Both the position numbers and the translations under genes were made by a program. DNA of 64,000 nucleotides from Squalus acanthias (Eukaryota), in NCBI GenBank assembly GCA_030390025.1, contig CM059437.1:54746001-54810000 (forward strand), in the 5' to 3' direction. The notes below the pieces were generated by a model that was not told the DNA's origin, did not search any database, and was given only the letters and a program-made list of their open reading frames with translations. Below, piece after piece: positions 1 through 13,059 of the stretch (within the stretch, counting starts at the first letter, position 1; each line of letters starts with the position of its first letter).

Positions 1-86
1 TAGGCCATTCGGCCCGTCGAGCCTGCTCCACCATTCAATACGATCATGGCTGATCATCCAAATCCAGTACCCTGTCCCTGCTTTCT
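1..86 (-). mobile_element. CR1 LINE 3' UTR fragment
   Basis: Matches the reverse complement of the CR1 3' UTR seen elsewhere in the window (e.g. 10350-10435). Confidence 0.7.
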
Positions 87-240
87 AACACAGAATCCCC
101 ATCGAGCCTGCACCAACACATATCCCACCCCATCCCCGTAACCCCACGTATTTAATTCCCCCGAACATATCCCATCCTATCCCTGTAACCCCACATATTT
201 AATCCCCCCCTAACACTAAGGGTCAATTTATCATAGCCAA

Positions 241-3200
241 ATATTAATCAAGCAGTCAATTACTACTGTAAGGAGGGATGATATCTTAGCAGGTTCCTCT
301 AATGAGGCCATATGGGTAGAACTTAATAACAAAAAGTGGGTAAGCATATTGCTGGGAGTGTACTATAGGTCCCCAATCACTCAGGGGGAGATAGAGGAAC
401 AGATATGTCGGCAAATCTCAGAGAAGTGTAGAAATAATAGGGTAATAATAGTTGGGGATTTCAACTGCCCCAATATTAACTGGGATAGTCAGAGTGTGAA
501 AGGCTTAGAGGGTGCGGAATTCTTAAAGTGCATCCAGGAGAGCTTTCTGAGCCAGCATGTAGAAAAGTCCTACAAGAGAGGGGGGCGGTACTGGACCTAA
601 TTCCAGGGAATGTAGCCGGGCAAGTGGCAGAAGTCGGAGAGCATTTTGGTGACAGTGACCACAATTCGGTGAGATTTAAGGTAGTCATGGAAAAGGACAA
701 AGATGGACCGGAAATAAAGGTTCTAAATTGGGGGAAGGCCGATTTTAATATGATAAGGCAGGATCTGGCCAAAGTGGACTGGGATCAGCTACTTGCAGGA
801 AAATCCACATCAGAGCAGTGGGAATCTTTCAGAAAGGAAATAGAGAGAGTACAACGCCAACATGTTCCCATAAAGGTCAAGGGTGGGACCAACAAACCCA
901 GGGAACCCTGGATGTCAAAGGGATATACAAGAATGGATTAGGAAAAAAAGGTAGGCTTTTGGCAGATACAAACGACTAAAAGCAGTGGAAGCCCTGGAGG
1001 AATATAGAAAGTGCAGGGGGGTACTTCAAAAAGAAATTGGAGAGTGAAGAGGGAGCATGAAAAAACATTGGCGGGCAAAATAAAGGAAAATCCCAAGGTG
1101 TTTTATAAGTATATTAAGGGAAAGAGGATAACCAGGGAAAGAGTAGGGCCCATTAGGGACCAAGGTGGCAATCTGTGTGTAGAGCCGGAAGATGTAGGTG
1201 AGGATTTAAATGAATATTTTGCATCTGTGTTCACTATGGAGAAGGACGATGTAGGCATAGAAATCAGGCAGGGGGATTGTGATATACTTGAACAAATTAG
1301 CATTGAGAGGGAGGTAGTACTTGCGGTTTTAGCGGACTTAAAAGTGGATAAACCCCAGGCCCTGACGAGATGTATCCCAGGCTCCTGTGTGAGGCAAGGG
1401 AGGAGATTGCAGGGGCTCTGACACAAATTTTCAGAACCACTCTGGCCACAGGGGAGGTGCTAGAGGAGTGGAGGACAGCTAACGTAGTACCATTATTCAA
1501 GAAGGGTAGTAGGGATAAACCAGGGAATTACAGGACAGTGAGCCTAACATCAGTGGTGGGGAAATTATTGGAAACAATTCTGAGGGACAGAATCAGTCTC
1601 CACTTGGAGAGGCAAGGATTAATCAAGAATAGTCAGCATAGCTTTGTCAGGGGGAGATCATGTCTAACCAATTTGATTGAATTTTTCGAGGGGGTGACTC
1701 GGTGCGTGGGTGAGGGTAGTACAGTTGATGTGGTCTACATGGACTTCAGTAAGGCTTTTGACGAAGTCCCACATGGGAGACTGGTCAAGAAGGTAAGAGC
1801 CCATGGGATTCAGGGCAATTTGGCACATTGGATCCAAAATTGGCTTCGTGGCAGGAGGCAGAGGGTGATGGTCGAAGGTTGTTTTTGTGACTGGAAGCCT
1901 GTGTCCAGTGGTGTAGCGCAGGGATCGGTGCTGGGTCCTTTGCTGTTTGTAGTGTACATTAATGATTTAGATATGAATGCAGGAGGTATGATCAGTAAGT
2001 TTGCAGATGACACGAAAATTAGTGGTGTGGTAAATAGCGAGGAGGGAAGCCTCAGGCTACAGGACGATAGAGACGGGTTGGTTAGATGGACAGAACAGTG
2101 GCAAATGGAATTTAACCCTAAAAAGTGTGAGGTGATGCATTTTGGGAGGACTAACAAGGCAAGGGAATACACAATGAATGGTAGGACGCTAGGAAGTACA
2201 GAGGATCAGTGAGACCTAGGTGTGCATGTACATAGATCCCTGAAGGCAGCAGGCCAGGCAGATAAGGTGGTTAAAAAGATATGAGATACTTGCCTTTGTT
2301 AGGGAGAAATTAATTCACTCCAGTCTGTGTTGATAGGTAAAAGCAAACAGTTTATTAATGTTCAGAGATCTCTGGGAGAGCGTCATAGACCTTACCCGGC
2401 CTAGTGACCACGGCTTTCGACCTCCCGTTGTCAGTTACAACCTTTTATTTAAGAATTATCCAATCACATTGTTACAAAATATCACATGATTACAATTATG
2501 TCAATTCAAACTAAACCAGTTAATTCATTATATTTCTTATCTTTGTCAGCTACAAACTAAATACAATTATCCAATTACGTAGATATGCTGCAAGCAATGT
2601 TTGTTGGGAATCGCATTCTATGTTTTGCCTGGGTGCTGGGTCTAAACTCATTCTCACATGTGTCCATTGTATTTCTGTACAGATGCCCATTGTATTCTGT
2701 CCTTGAATGCTGCTAAGCATCCAATCCTTATCAATCCACCTGGTTGCTTCTTATTCTATTTCGGACATAACTTCCATTCCCTTTACAGCTAAGAGAGGTT
2801 TAATTTAATTTAATTTAACATGAGTTCAAATTAACCCTTTCACCTTCATTAGCTAAGGCATAGAATGTAAGAGCAGGGAGCTTATGATGGAGCTGTACAA
2901 AACGCTAGTTAGGCCACAGCTGGAATACTGTGTGCAGTTTTGGTCGCCACACTATAGGAGGGATGTCATTGCATTGGAGAAGGTGCAGAGGAGATTCACC
3001 AGGATGTTACCTGGGCTGGAGCACTTCAGCTATGAAGAGAGACTGGACAGGCTGGGGTTGTTTTCCTTCGAGCAGAGAAGGCTGAGGGGGGACCTGACTG
3101 AGGTGTACAAAATTATGAGGGGCATAGATAGGGTAGATAGAAAGGAACTTTTCCCCTTAGTAGAGGGGTCGATAACCAGGGGACATAGTTTCAAGGTAAG

Positions 3201-3467
3201 GGGCAGGAGGTTAAGAGGGGATTTGAGGAAAATATTTTTCACCCAGAGGGTGGTTGGAATCTGGAACTCACTGCCTGAAATGGTGGTAGAGGCAGGAGCT
3301 CTCACAACATTCAAGAAGCATTTAGATGAGCACTTGAAACGCCATACCATACAAGGCTATGGACCAAATGCTGGAAAATGGGATTAGAATAAACGGGGCT
3401 TGATGGCCGGCGCGGAAACGATGGGCCAAAGGGCCTCTTTCTGTGCTGTATAACTCAATGACTCTAT
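241..3467 (+). mobile_element. CR1 LINE, degenerate ORF2 (APE endonuclease + RT), interrupted by a solo LTR
   Basis: ORF fragments with GDFN, SDH, QGSVLGP, FADD and C-terminal LEYCVQFWSP/FFTQRVV motifs; ends in a (TATGACTC)-like tail. Confidence 0.92.
2297..2842 (-). mobile_element. Solo LTR (546 bp) inserted in CR1
   Basis: TG...CA ends (TGTTAGGG...CCCTTTCA); 4-bp TSD CCTT at 2293-2296 and 2843-2846; minus-strand AATAAA at 2351-2356; the CR1 sequence resumes seamlessly after it. Confidence 0.75.
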
Positions 3468-4360
3468 GGGGTAAAAATTCACTTGGTTGCGCCACCCGTT
3501 AGCGCCTTAAGAGGGCGCTAATGGGGCGCAAAGCTGCTAACGCCCGGGCGCAGCGATGTTTGCGCCGCTCGAGAACTTAACTTGAGATTGTGCGGCGGCG
3601 CTAAAACTTACCGCTGCGACCACCTGCGCGTGCAGATTGTGATGTCATTCCATGGTGCAACGCCCTTGGGGCGCCCCGTAGCGGAAATTGAGTGGCGCCC
3701 CCTGCCTTACCGCCTGGCGCTTCCAACGACCAGAAGACTGGAACGCTATCAATCGCTGTGGGGCTGGGGGGGGCGCTATTTAAAGGGGGCCTCTTCCTGT
3801 CTTTTATTGTTGGTGGCATTTTTGAACTACGCATTCTGAGAGAGAGAGGGAGAGACTTCTGGAGAGATTCAACGTTGTGTGAAGGAGTTTTGGGTACTGA
3901 GCAGCACTTTGCAGGTTCATTTTGATTTGCCATTCCTTGTATCGATTTAGCAGAGACCGTGGGAGCTGCACTCTGAGCTCTTTGCCTGGTGCTCTCCATT
4001 GTTCTTTCCAGCACATTTGATGTGCAAGTCTCTCCAGGCCGAGATTCAAGGCAGCAATGAACAGGATGTGGATGGAAAGCAAGATTAACCATCCCCTTTA
4101 AGAACTGGCCTGTGCCATTGTGTGTGTGTTCCATTGCTGACTGACATTACATGAGCTTCGCCAGCGCTCCGAGTTAGCGCCACACTGCTCGGCCTTTGCG
4201 CCTTAAGAGAGGTGTGCAGCGCCTGCTTTAGCGCTCCACTCACCTCCCGGGGCGGTAAAAGTGAAGTTTCCCGTCAGTGCCGATAATTAGCGCCAGGCGC
4301 TAATATTGGCGTCCGGACGATATTTGCGCCCCAAATGGGGCGCGACCTAATTTCTACCCC
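3468..4360 (+). mobile_element. Non-autonomous PIF/Harbinger element (internal deletion derivative)
   Basis: TIRs GGGGTAAAAATT / AATTTCTACCCC; 3-bp TSD TAT; both ends homologous to the element at 4372-8533. Confidence 0.88.
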
Positions 4361-4884
4361 TATGACTCTGAGGGGGAAAAATTCAGTTGGTTGCGCCTCC
4401 CGTTAGCGCCTTAAGAGGGCGCTAATGGGGCGCAAAGCCATTAGTGCCCGGGCGCAGCGATGTTTGCGCCGCTCGGGAACTTAACTCGACATTGTGCGGC
4501 GGCGCTAAACTTTACCGCCGCGACCACCTGCGCGCGCAGATTGTGACGTCATTCCATGGTGCAACGCCCTTGTGGCGCCCCGGAGCGGAAATTGAGTGGC
4601 GCCCCCTGCCTTACCGCCTGGCGCATCCAACGACCGGCAGACTGGAACGCTATCAATCGCTGTGGGGCTGGGGGGGTGGCGCTATTTAAAGGGGGCCTCT
4701 TCCTGTCTTTTTCTGTGGTTGACATTTTTGCACCACTCGTTCTGAGAGAGAGAGAGAGATTCGGAGAGAGAGAAAGAGAGACTTCTGCATTGAGTCAACG
4801 CTTTGTGAGGTAGTTTTGCCTACTGATCCTAACTTCGCTGGTACTTTGGTTGCTGTCCTTCATAACTTTGCTTGCAAAGAGACT

Positions 4885-6043
4885 ATGGGGGCTGCACTGA
4901 ATGGGGGCGTCGTCCTGCTCCAGCTGAATCGGAGGACACAGAGACGCAGAGAGAGAGTGGCAATGATGGCCAGACGGAGGAGGGCCAACAGGCGTCTGTA
5001 CAGGAGAGCTTACCCTCCCAGGGTATATCGTGAACAGCTCTCCTACATTCATATGTCTGAGGAGCTGTGTTTGCGAAGGCTGTGATTCAGCAAGGTGGTG
5101 GTCACTGAGCTCTGCCACCTGCTGCAGCCAGATCTGCAGCCTCAACTGAGGTCCAGGACGTCTCTGTCGGTGGCAGTGAAGGTCACAGTGGCTCTCAACT
5201 TCTATGCTACTGGCTCATTTCAAGCTGCTGCTGGGGACCTCGCCAATATCTCCCAGTTCGCAGTGCATTGCTGCATCCGGCAGGTCACAAATGCCCTCTT
5301 TAAAAGGAGACAAGAGTTCATCTCTTTCCCCATGACCCTAGACAAGCAGCGTGACCGCGCTCTGGGCTTTGCGAGGATAGCGGGCTTCCCCATGGTGCAG
5401 GGCGCCATTGACTGCACGCATGTGGCTTTGCGTGCTCCACATGAGAATGCCGAGGATTTCCGGAACAGAAAGGGGTTCCATTCCTTGAATGTTCAGTTGG
5501 TCTGTGACCACAGACAGCTGATACTTGCTGTCAATGCCCACTATCCTGGCAGCTGCCACGATGCTTTCATCCTGCGCCAGACTACTGTGGCAGAACTTTT
5601 CGAGGCACCGCATCAGCCAGTTGGTTGGCTTCTGGGGACAAGGGGTATACATTGAGCACCTGGCTGATGACACCGCTCCGTACGCCCAACACCCCTGCTG
5701 AGCTGCGGTACAACGAGAGCCATCAAGCGACCAGGAACATCATTGAGCGCACAATCGGTGTGCTGAAGCAACGGTTCCGCTGTCTCGACCATTCTGGAGG
5801 AGCCCTGCAGTACTCGCCTGAGCGAGTATCCAACTTCGTAGTTGTGTGCTGCATGTTGCATAACATGGCAATCGTCAGGACCCAGCCAATGCCACCAGGC
5901 CTTGGAGCACCACCAGAGGAGGAGGAGGAAGAGGAGGAAGAGGACGAGGAGGATGATCATCGCAGCACCAAGGCGGGAGGGCGGCCCACAATGGTGAAAC
6001 TGCAAGGGCCATCCGTCAACGGCTGATAGCAAGCCGCTTCTAG
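4885..6043 (+). pseudogene. Harbinger (HARBI1-like) DDE transposase, disrupted
   Basis: Motifs [51 protein letters not shown]. In-frame TGA at 5083-5085, frameshift in the G-run near 5635, and a probable further frameshift before the RQRLIASRF* end (TAG 6041-6043). Confidence 0.88.
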
Positions 6044-6355
6044 GGCCCCTGCTGTGGAAATGGCTTCTGCCATTGCTAACAACATCAATGAACCCAGCAC
6101 GCAACCCCTAAGCCGGCCAAGGCACCAATGATTCCAAACACCAAACATGTATATTTTGAATACAAAAACTTATTTATTTTACAAACTCTGTGTGTGTCAT
6201 TTCCTCAGGACAAACTCATAGAAATAAACACAAAAAAACAGTCATTAACATAACTGGTTCTCACAACCTGGAGATAATGTCCAAAACACGAGACAAAAGT
6301 TGGACCACGAACCTCGGCCTTTAATAAAAAAATGACCAGCATTTTGTCACACCTC

Positions 6356-8174
6356 CTACTTTTTGCCCTTCGAGGGTGATCTCCTTCCCTTGTGCACTTC
6401 CCCCCTTCTAACCCTACTGCTCCTCCGTAATGGGACCTCAGTGGCTGCAGCAAGGCTGGTGGAAGGCTGCTGATTGTCAGACCCTGACACTGCAGATGCC
6501 CTTGAAGGACGGCCTCGACCAGTTCTGGGTCTGGAGGGCCCGGCTGCAGACTGCACCAACTCTGCATGGGCGGCAGCAGTCTGTCCTACAGGCGGTGGCA
6601 AGTGCAGTGGAGAAGTGACAGTGTTGGCAGCAGGAATGCTGTCATCGTGAGAGAGGACAGCAACTCCCTGCTCGACCAACACACTGGCAATCCCACGGGG
6701 CAGCACTTCAGCATCCGGAGCAATCTGCTGGAGCACAGATTGCTGGCCTGCTGCGGCGCGGTGAGAGCCCCGGGGACATGTGAACGAACCATCGAGGTTG
6801 GCAGCAGTCAGTGCTCGCGTGGCCTCAATCTGAGTCTGCATGAGAGCAGTCAGAGATGGGATCACGGCAGTCAGTGACTGAATTGCAGCACTAAGCTTTA
6901 GTGTGGCATCCGCCTGTGCTACAGCGAAGTGCTCCACACTCCTTGCCAGTGACTCAATGCATTCGGGCACCCTTCCCACTGCACCCATGAGCTCAGTGTG
7001 CATGCCCACCGCCTGGGTGTTCATTTCTGCGATCAGCCGCTCCTCCTCTGCATCCATTGCAGTAGGAGTCGCTGGCATACTCTCCCTCTGGGGAGAAGGC
7101 CCCCGTTCTTCCCTACCCCCATGGCGTTGCTGCAGCCCGCTGGGTCCTGGAGCTTCACCCTCATCAGACCCTTCCCCCCTGCTCCCCTCCAGGGAAGGCA
7201 TGTTCCCAGTGTGGGCATGGGCTTCCTCGGGAGAGGGTGGCACTGATGCTCCGGCTTCCTCTTCCTCCTCGGCTGCAGCTTCACTCCCACTGGCAGCTTC
7301 AGGGCCCGTCTCCTCAGCTGGTGAATCACCATCTAAAAGCAGGGAGGTACAAGAGTGGCTTTAGCGTGAGGACAGGGTGGCAGTAAGGGAGGAATAAGTG
7401 CAGCGAGTTAGCAAGTTGGATTGAAAGTGTCAAAGGCTGGTGTTGTGAGGGACAAGTGGAAGGACAGAGGACAAAAAGGTGATGACCTTACCATTGCTGT
7501 CCAGAACGGGGTCGGCGTCTCCAGTGGCGACGGGTCCGATCACCCGGCTTGCCACAATCCTGTGGACGCGCTCCTCAAGATTGCTGAGGGGTTGCAGCTG
7601 AGGCCGCCCTCCACCTGTCCATTGCTGCTGTCTCCTATTATGCGCCAGCTTGGCCTGCAAGAAAAAGGACAGCATCTGAGTAAATATACAGCCATGGTCT
7701 TGCCTGATGTGCCTCCCATAGGTGAATAGCCCTTACTGTATGCAGCCATGGTCTTGCCTGATGTGCCTCCCATAGGTGAATAGCCCTTACTGTATGCAAA
7801 GTGTGGAATGTGTGTGTGTGTTTCATGAAAGGCCATAGGTGTTGGATGAGTGTTGTGCATTGGGGTTTTAAGACCCTCTGGCCATAGAGTGAGGTTGAGA
7901 TGGAGGGATGGAGAGGTATTGAGAAAAAGCCACTCACCCTGACGACCCGAGTGAGGTCATTGAACTTTTTGCGGCATTGAACATGGGTCCTGGGCACCAT
8001 GCTCCTGGAGGAGACGCTCTGAGCCACCTCCCTCCACACTCTTCTGTACTCGCGTGGCAAAGGCCTCCTGCCACTCTCAGGGAAGAGTATAGATCTTCTG
8101 CGCTCCACCGCACCAACCAGAGCATCCAAGGCCCGCTCGGTGAAGCGCTGAGCTCGTTCTCTCACCCTCTCCAT
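6356..8174 (-). CDS. Harbinger Myb/SANT-like DNA-binding protein, 3 exons (8174-7938, 7654-7492, 7332-6356), 458 aa
   Basis: N-terminal RFTERALDALV...W..VA..V......RT..QCRKKFNDL Myb/SANT signature; GT-AG introns of phase 0 and 1 give a continuous 1377-nt frame. Confidence 0.8.
7689..7796. repeat. Perfect 2 x 54-bp tandem duplication in Myb-gene intron 1
   Basis: CAGCCATGGTCTTGCC...CCCTTACTGTATG occurs twice, back to back. Confidence 0.9.
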
Positions 8175-8967
8175 CCTTGGCAGCAAAATGGATTCACAGG
8201 TCTCTCCAGGCCGAGATTCAAGGCTGCAATGAGCAGGGTGTGGCTGGGGAGCAAGTTGCCCCCCCCCCCTTTAAGAACTGGCCGGCGCCAGTGTGTCTGT
8301 GTTCCCTCGGTAACTGGCAGCACCTGCGCTGCGCTCGCGCGCTGAGTTAGCGCCTCACTGCTCGGCCTTTGCGCCTTAAGACAGGTGTGCAGCGCCTGAT
8401 TTAGCGCTCCACTCACCTCCCGGGGCATTAAAAGTGAAGTTTCCAGTCAGTGGCGATAATTAGCACCAGGCGCTAATTTTTGCGTCCAGACGATATTTGC
8501 TCCCCAAATGGGGCGCGACCTAATTTTTCCCCCTAAGTCTATTGTTTCCGTCAAGAAATGTCAAACTTTTGTCACCCATCGTGTCTGTAAGCTCGCTATT
8601 CCGACTGATTTCACAGATTTTACTTGCAATGTGCAGAATATCACGAAGAAGAAAACCTCATTATTTAGTCATATTTGTAAAGTTGCCATGGATTGGTACA
8701 GAGATATCGGACAGAAAACAATGACAGCACCTGAGATGGAAGAGTCATTTTATTACACTGTGGTATTTGTAACGTTACACTGAAACTTTGATCAGTGCAG
8801 GGTGAACACTCGGTAAAATACAAACAGCGGCATGCAGCGGATAAACAGCACATCTGTTGTCATTTGAATTGTTCCACGTACAATCAAACATGTAATGTCC
8901 GAATACGGAATTTATTTTAAAGAAACTTTACTAATGGTATAATAGATCAATATATTAGATTCTTCAA

Positions 8968-9039
8968 TCAGATACAGCTGGATTTCGCGATACTTGATTG
9001 AAGTGGGTTTGCCTGAGTCTCGTGTTTAACCACGCAGGA
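8968..9039 (-). pseudogene. IGLC: Ig light-chain C exon, 3' piece of the split exon (SCVVKHETQANPLQSSIAKSSCI*)
   Basis: Homologous to the last 72 nt of the C exons ending at 19427 and 55181; followed by a 3' UTR (~8575-8967) similar to 19030-19426, with minus-strand AATAAA at 8749-8754. Confidence 0.9.
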
Positions 9040-10310
9040 TACAACAGGTGCCAGCTCTGTGAACATGACAGTGGGGCTCACCGTGATGGAGCTTCTGCTG
9101 ACAGCTCTGACGGCTTCCATGGCAGCTCAATGGCTGCCATTTTACTTCTTGGGCCTAGTGTTGACTGGGGTGTCCAGATCATCGTATCACTCCTCCAGTC
9201 TGTTCTGTCACCGAGCCATAGGAGAGATGAGGTGTTGTCCCAGGAGAGTAGCCTTGGCTCAATGAGAGCAACACCTGCTCCCACGCCACCTTTTCCTCCA
9301 GTGCTCTTGTTAGACTAACTTAGCCAGCTGGCCCAGACAGCCCTCATCCACGCCGAGATGCTGCAATCTATATTCAGGTCCTCAAGGCTCAGAGCTGCTT
9401 GAGGGCATCCAACACAGCCATCTGAAGTGTTCTGAATGGAAGCTCAGCAGCCTTCCACTTCCGAAGCTGCAGCCACTAGCGGTACAACTCGTAGCAGCAC
9501 TAGTATAGGGCAACAAGCACAGAATATGACATCAATGGGTGGCACAATGTTGATTCCTTTCATTATACACTTCTTTAAGACAATTGCTGGAGTTTTATCT
9601 GGATTTGGTGTTGGTGTTGGTGTTAGTGAAGTGAGAGCGAAACTAATAAGGCTGGACTGTAGGAACGCAATCAGATTGTGCTAGTAATGATTGTGGTGAT
9701 AAGGATTGAGGGGGGGAATATGTATTGGGGCTGGGAGCGATGGTTCAGCTGAAGCACTTTTGGATGAATCGACCTCTGAGAGTTCTGGCAGCTAGCTGCG
9801 CTAGTGGTCGATGCTGCTCCTGCTCTTCCTCCTCCTGCTGAACTTCTTCCTGCCCAACTGGTGGTAAGGGCTGCTCTCTCATTATTGCAAAGTTATGCAG
9901 GACACGACCACAAATCTGGAAACACAGTCACGGCTGCAGTGCTCCTCCCGAACGATCCAGGTAGCAGAAGCGATGCCTGAGCAATTATATTTCTGGTAGT
10001 GGCCTGGCTCCTGTTGTAGGCCAGCTCTCTGTCTGTGCACACGTTCTTCACAGGGACCATGAGCCACGTCTGAAGGGGATAGGCCTTGTCGCCCAGGAGA
10101 CACCCTTTTTGAATTAAAGGCATCACAGAGGACTGGCTGCCAGAAAACTTGTCACGGAGCTGCCTAGCGCACTGCCTATGGTCGAAAACAACGATTTTAT
10201 TCCTACAACGCACAGGAAAAGCAACTGCACAAATAACATGAAATCGAATACAGCGATTATGGGCTTCTGCTTGGTTAGGAGGAAATAACTTTGTACAACC
10301 AGATATTGTC
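9040..10310. mobile_element. Degenerate Harbinger remnant (transposase C-terminal part on minus strand, probable Myb-gene last exon on plus strand)
   Basis: Minus-strand GCLLGDKAYPLQTWLMVP...YNRSQATTRNII; plus-strand QPSTSEAAA resembles the C-terminus of the Myb protein at 6356-7243. Confidence 0.65.
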
Positions 10311-10311
10311 A

Positions 10312-11266
10312 TAGAAACATAGAAACTTAGAAGATAGGAGCAGGAGTGGGCCATTCGGCCCCTCGAGCCTGACCCGCCATTTAATGAGATCATGGCTGAT
10401 CATGCAAATTCAGTACCCTGTCCCTGCTTTCTCCCCATATCCCTTGATCCCTTTAGCCTTAAGAAATATATTTAACTCCTCCTTGAATATATTTAATGAA
10501 TTGGCCTCAACTGCGTTCTGTGGTAGAGAATTCCACAGGTTCACCACTCTCTGGGTGAAGAAATTCCTCATCATCTCAGTCCTAAATGGCTTACCCCTTA
10601 TCCTTAGACTGTGACACCTGGTTCTGGACTCCCCCGCCATCGGGAACATCCTTCCTGCATCTAGTCTGCCTAGTCCTGTTAGAATTTTATAAATTTCAAT
10701 GATATCCCCTCTCATTCTTCTAAACTCGAGCGAATATAAGCCTAATCGACCCAATCTCTCTTCATCCATCATTCCTGCCATCCCAGGAATCAGTCTGGTG
10801 AATCTTCGCTGCAATCCCTCCATGGCAAGAACATCCTTCCTCAGATAAGGCGACCAAAACTGCACACAATACTCAAGGTGTGGTCTCACCAAGGCCCTGT
10901 ACAACTGCGGCAAGACATCCTTGCTCCTGTACTCGAATCCTCTCGCTATGAAGGCCAACATACCATTTGCCTTCTTAACCGCCTGCTGCACCTGCATGCT
11001 TACCTTCAGCGACCGGTGCACAAGGACGACAAGGTCTCATTGCACTTCCCCTTTTCCCAATCTATTGCAGTTCAGATAATAATCTGTCGTCCTGTTTTTG
11101 CCACCAAAGTGGATAACCTCGCACTTATCCACATTATACTGCATCTGCCATGCATCTGCCCAATCACCCAACCTGTCCAAATCATACTGGAGTTTCTCTG
11201 CATCCTCCTCACAGCACACACGCCCACGCAGATTTGTGTCGTCTGCAAACTTGGAGATATTACATC
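10312..11266 (-). mobile_element. CR1 LINE, 5'-truncated
   Basis: ORF2 C-terminus (10410-11021) and a TTCTATGT-type tail. Confidence 0.9.
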
Positions 11267-11271
11267 ATGCA

Positions 11272-12445
11272 AACAAGACATAGAATCTTACAGCGCAGAA
11301 GAAGGCTGTTCAGTCCATAGTACCTGTGCCGGGTCTATGAAAGAGCTATCCAATTTATCCCACTTCCTCTCCACTGCACTTTCTCCATAGCCCTGCAAAT
11401 TTGTCTTTTTCATGTATATATGCAATTCCCTGCTTCCACCACCCTTTCAGGCAGTACATTTCAGATCCTAAGAACGTGTTAAATCAATTTTCCTCATCTC
11501 CCCAGTGATTCTTTAGCCAATTATATTAAGTCGGTGTCCATTCGTTAGCGACCCTCCTCTCAGTGAAAATGCTTATTTTTAATTTACCCCTCATAATTTT
11601 GAACACCATTACTAAATCGACCTTTAACTTGCTCTGATCTAAGGAGAACAATCCTAACTTCCCTAGTCTCGCCTATTATTGAAGTCCCTCATACTTGGTA
11701 CTATTCTGGTAATCTCCTCTGCACTCTGTCCAAGGCCTCGACATCAACTCTAAACTGAGGTGCCTAGAATTGGACACAATACTCCAGCTGAGGCTCAACC
11801 AGTGGTTTATAAAGTTTTAGCATAACTTCCTTGCGTTTGTACACTATGCAGCTATATATAAAACCAAGTATCCCCTATAACTTTTTAACAGCCTTATCAA
11901 CTTGTCCTGCCGCCTTCAAATATCCCTGTTTGCGAAACCCCACGTATCTCTCTGTTCCTGCACCCCATTTAAAATTGTAACATTTAATTTATATTGCTTC
12001 TCATCATTATTCCTTTTAAAATGCTATCAATTTTTCAATTCAAAGCATTAAATTTAATCTGCACTGTGCCTTCACATTTCGCCCCTCTATCTATGCCCTC
12101 TTACTGTCTGTGACTATCCCCCTCACTGTTTATTGCATTTACAAGTTATGTGTCATCTGCAAACTTTGAAAGTAAGCCCCCTATACTCAAGTCCAGGTCA
12201 ATAATGTACTTCAAAAGAGCATTGTTTCTAATACAGACCCCTGGTTGATGCCACTGTACACTTCCCTCCAATCTGTAAAACAACCGTTCAACACTACTCT
12301 CAGCTTTCTATTTCTTAGACAATTTAGTGCCCAGGCTGCCATTACCCCATTAATCCCATGGGCTTCAATTTTGCTAACAAGTCTATTATGTGGCAGTTTA
12401 ACAAACGCCTTTTCAAAGTCTATATACACATCATCAACCGCACTA
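11272..12445 (-). mobile_element. Degenerate CR1 LINE 3' portion
   Basis: VYIDFEKAF, QGSVL motifs; CR1-type 3' UTR near 11280-11400. Confidence 0.8.
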
Positions 12446-13059
12446 CTCTCAGTCTGATCATTATTAAATATTAGCAATGAGATTAACATAACATTATTAT
12501 GATATCTATCTGACTTCTTACAGAGATCAGTATCAACAAAGAACACTAAAGGGATACAGAGTATGTGATAAGTGTAAAAGTGAATGTTGAAACCACGATA
12601 CTTTGCTGGACTGGTTTCAGTAAAAAGTGCCAGTGGAAGTGTAATTACATAAGAACGAAACGTAAGAAAGAGGAGCAGGGTTAGGCCATTTGACCTTTGA
12701 GCCTGCTCCGCCATTCAAGAAGATCATGGCTGATCTTCTACCTCATCAACACTTTCCTGCACTATCCCCATATTCCTTGATTCCCTTAATATTCAAAAAT
12801 CTATCGATCTCTGTCTTGAATATACTCAACGACTGTGCCTCCACAGCACTCTGGGGTAGAGAATTCCGAGGACGCAACACCCTCTGAGTGGGAGAAATTC
12901 CCCCTCATCTGAATCCTAAATGGCCTACAAATTATTCTGAGACTGTGACCCCTGGTTCTAGATGCCCCAGCCAGGGGAAACATCCTCCCTGCATCTACCC
13001 TGTCAAGCCGTGTAAGAATTTATATGGTTCAATTGGATCACCTCTCATTCTTCTAAACT

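Larger units (their letters stand above)
4372..8533 (+). mobile_element. Near-full-length PIF/Harbinger DNA transposon
   Basis: Perfect 12-bp TIR GGGGGAAAAATT; flanks TGA/TAA (3-bp TSD, one mismatch); convergent transposase and Myb/SANT genes. Confidence 0.93.

Noticed and set aside
88-240. Short ~48-bp duplication and possible V-SINE-like fragment
   Set aside because: Too short and truncated to classify with confidence.
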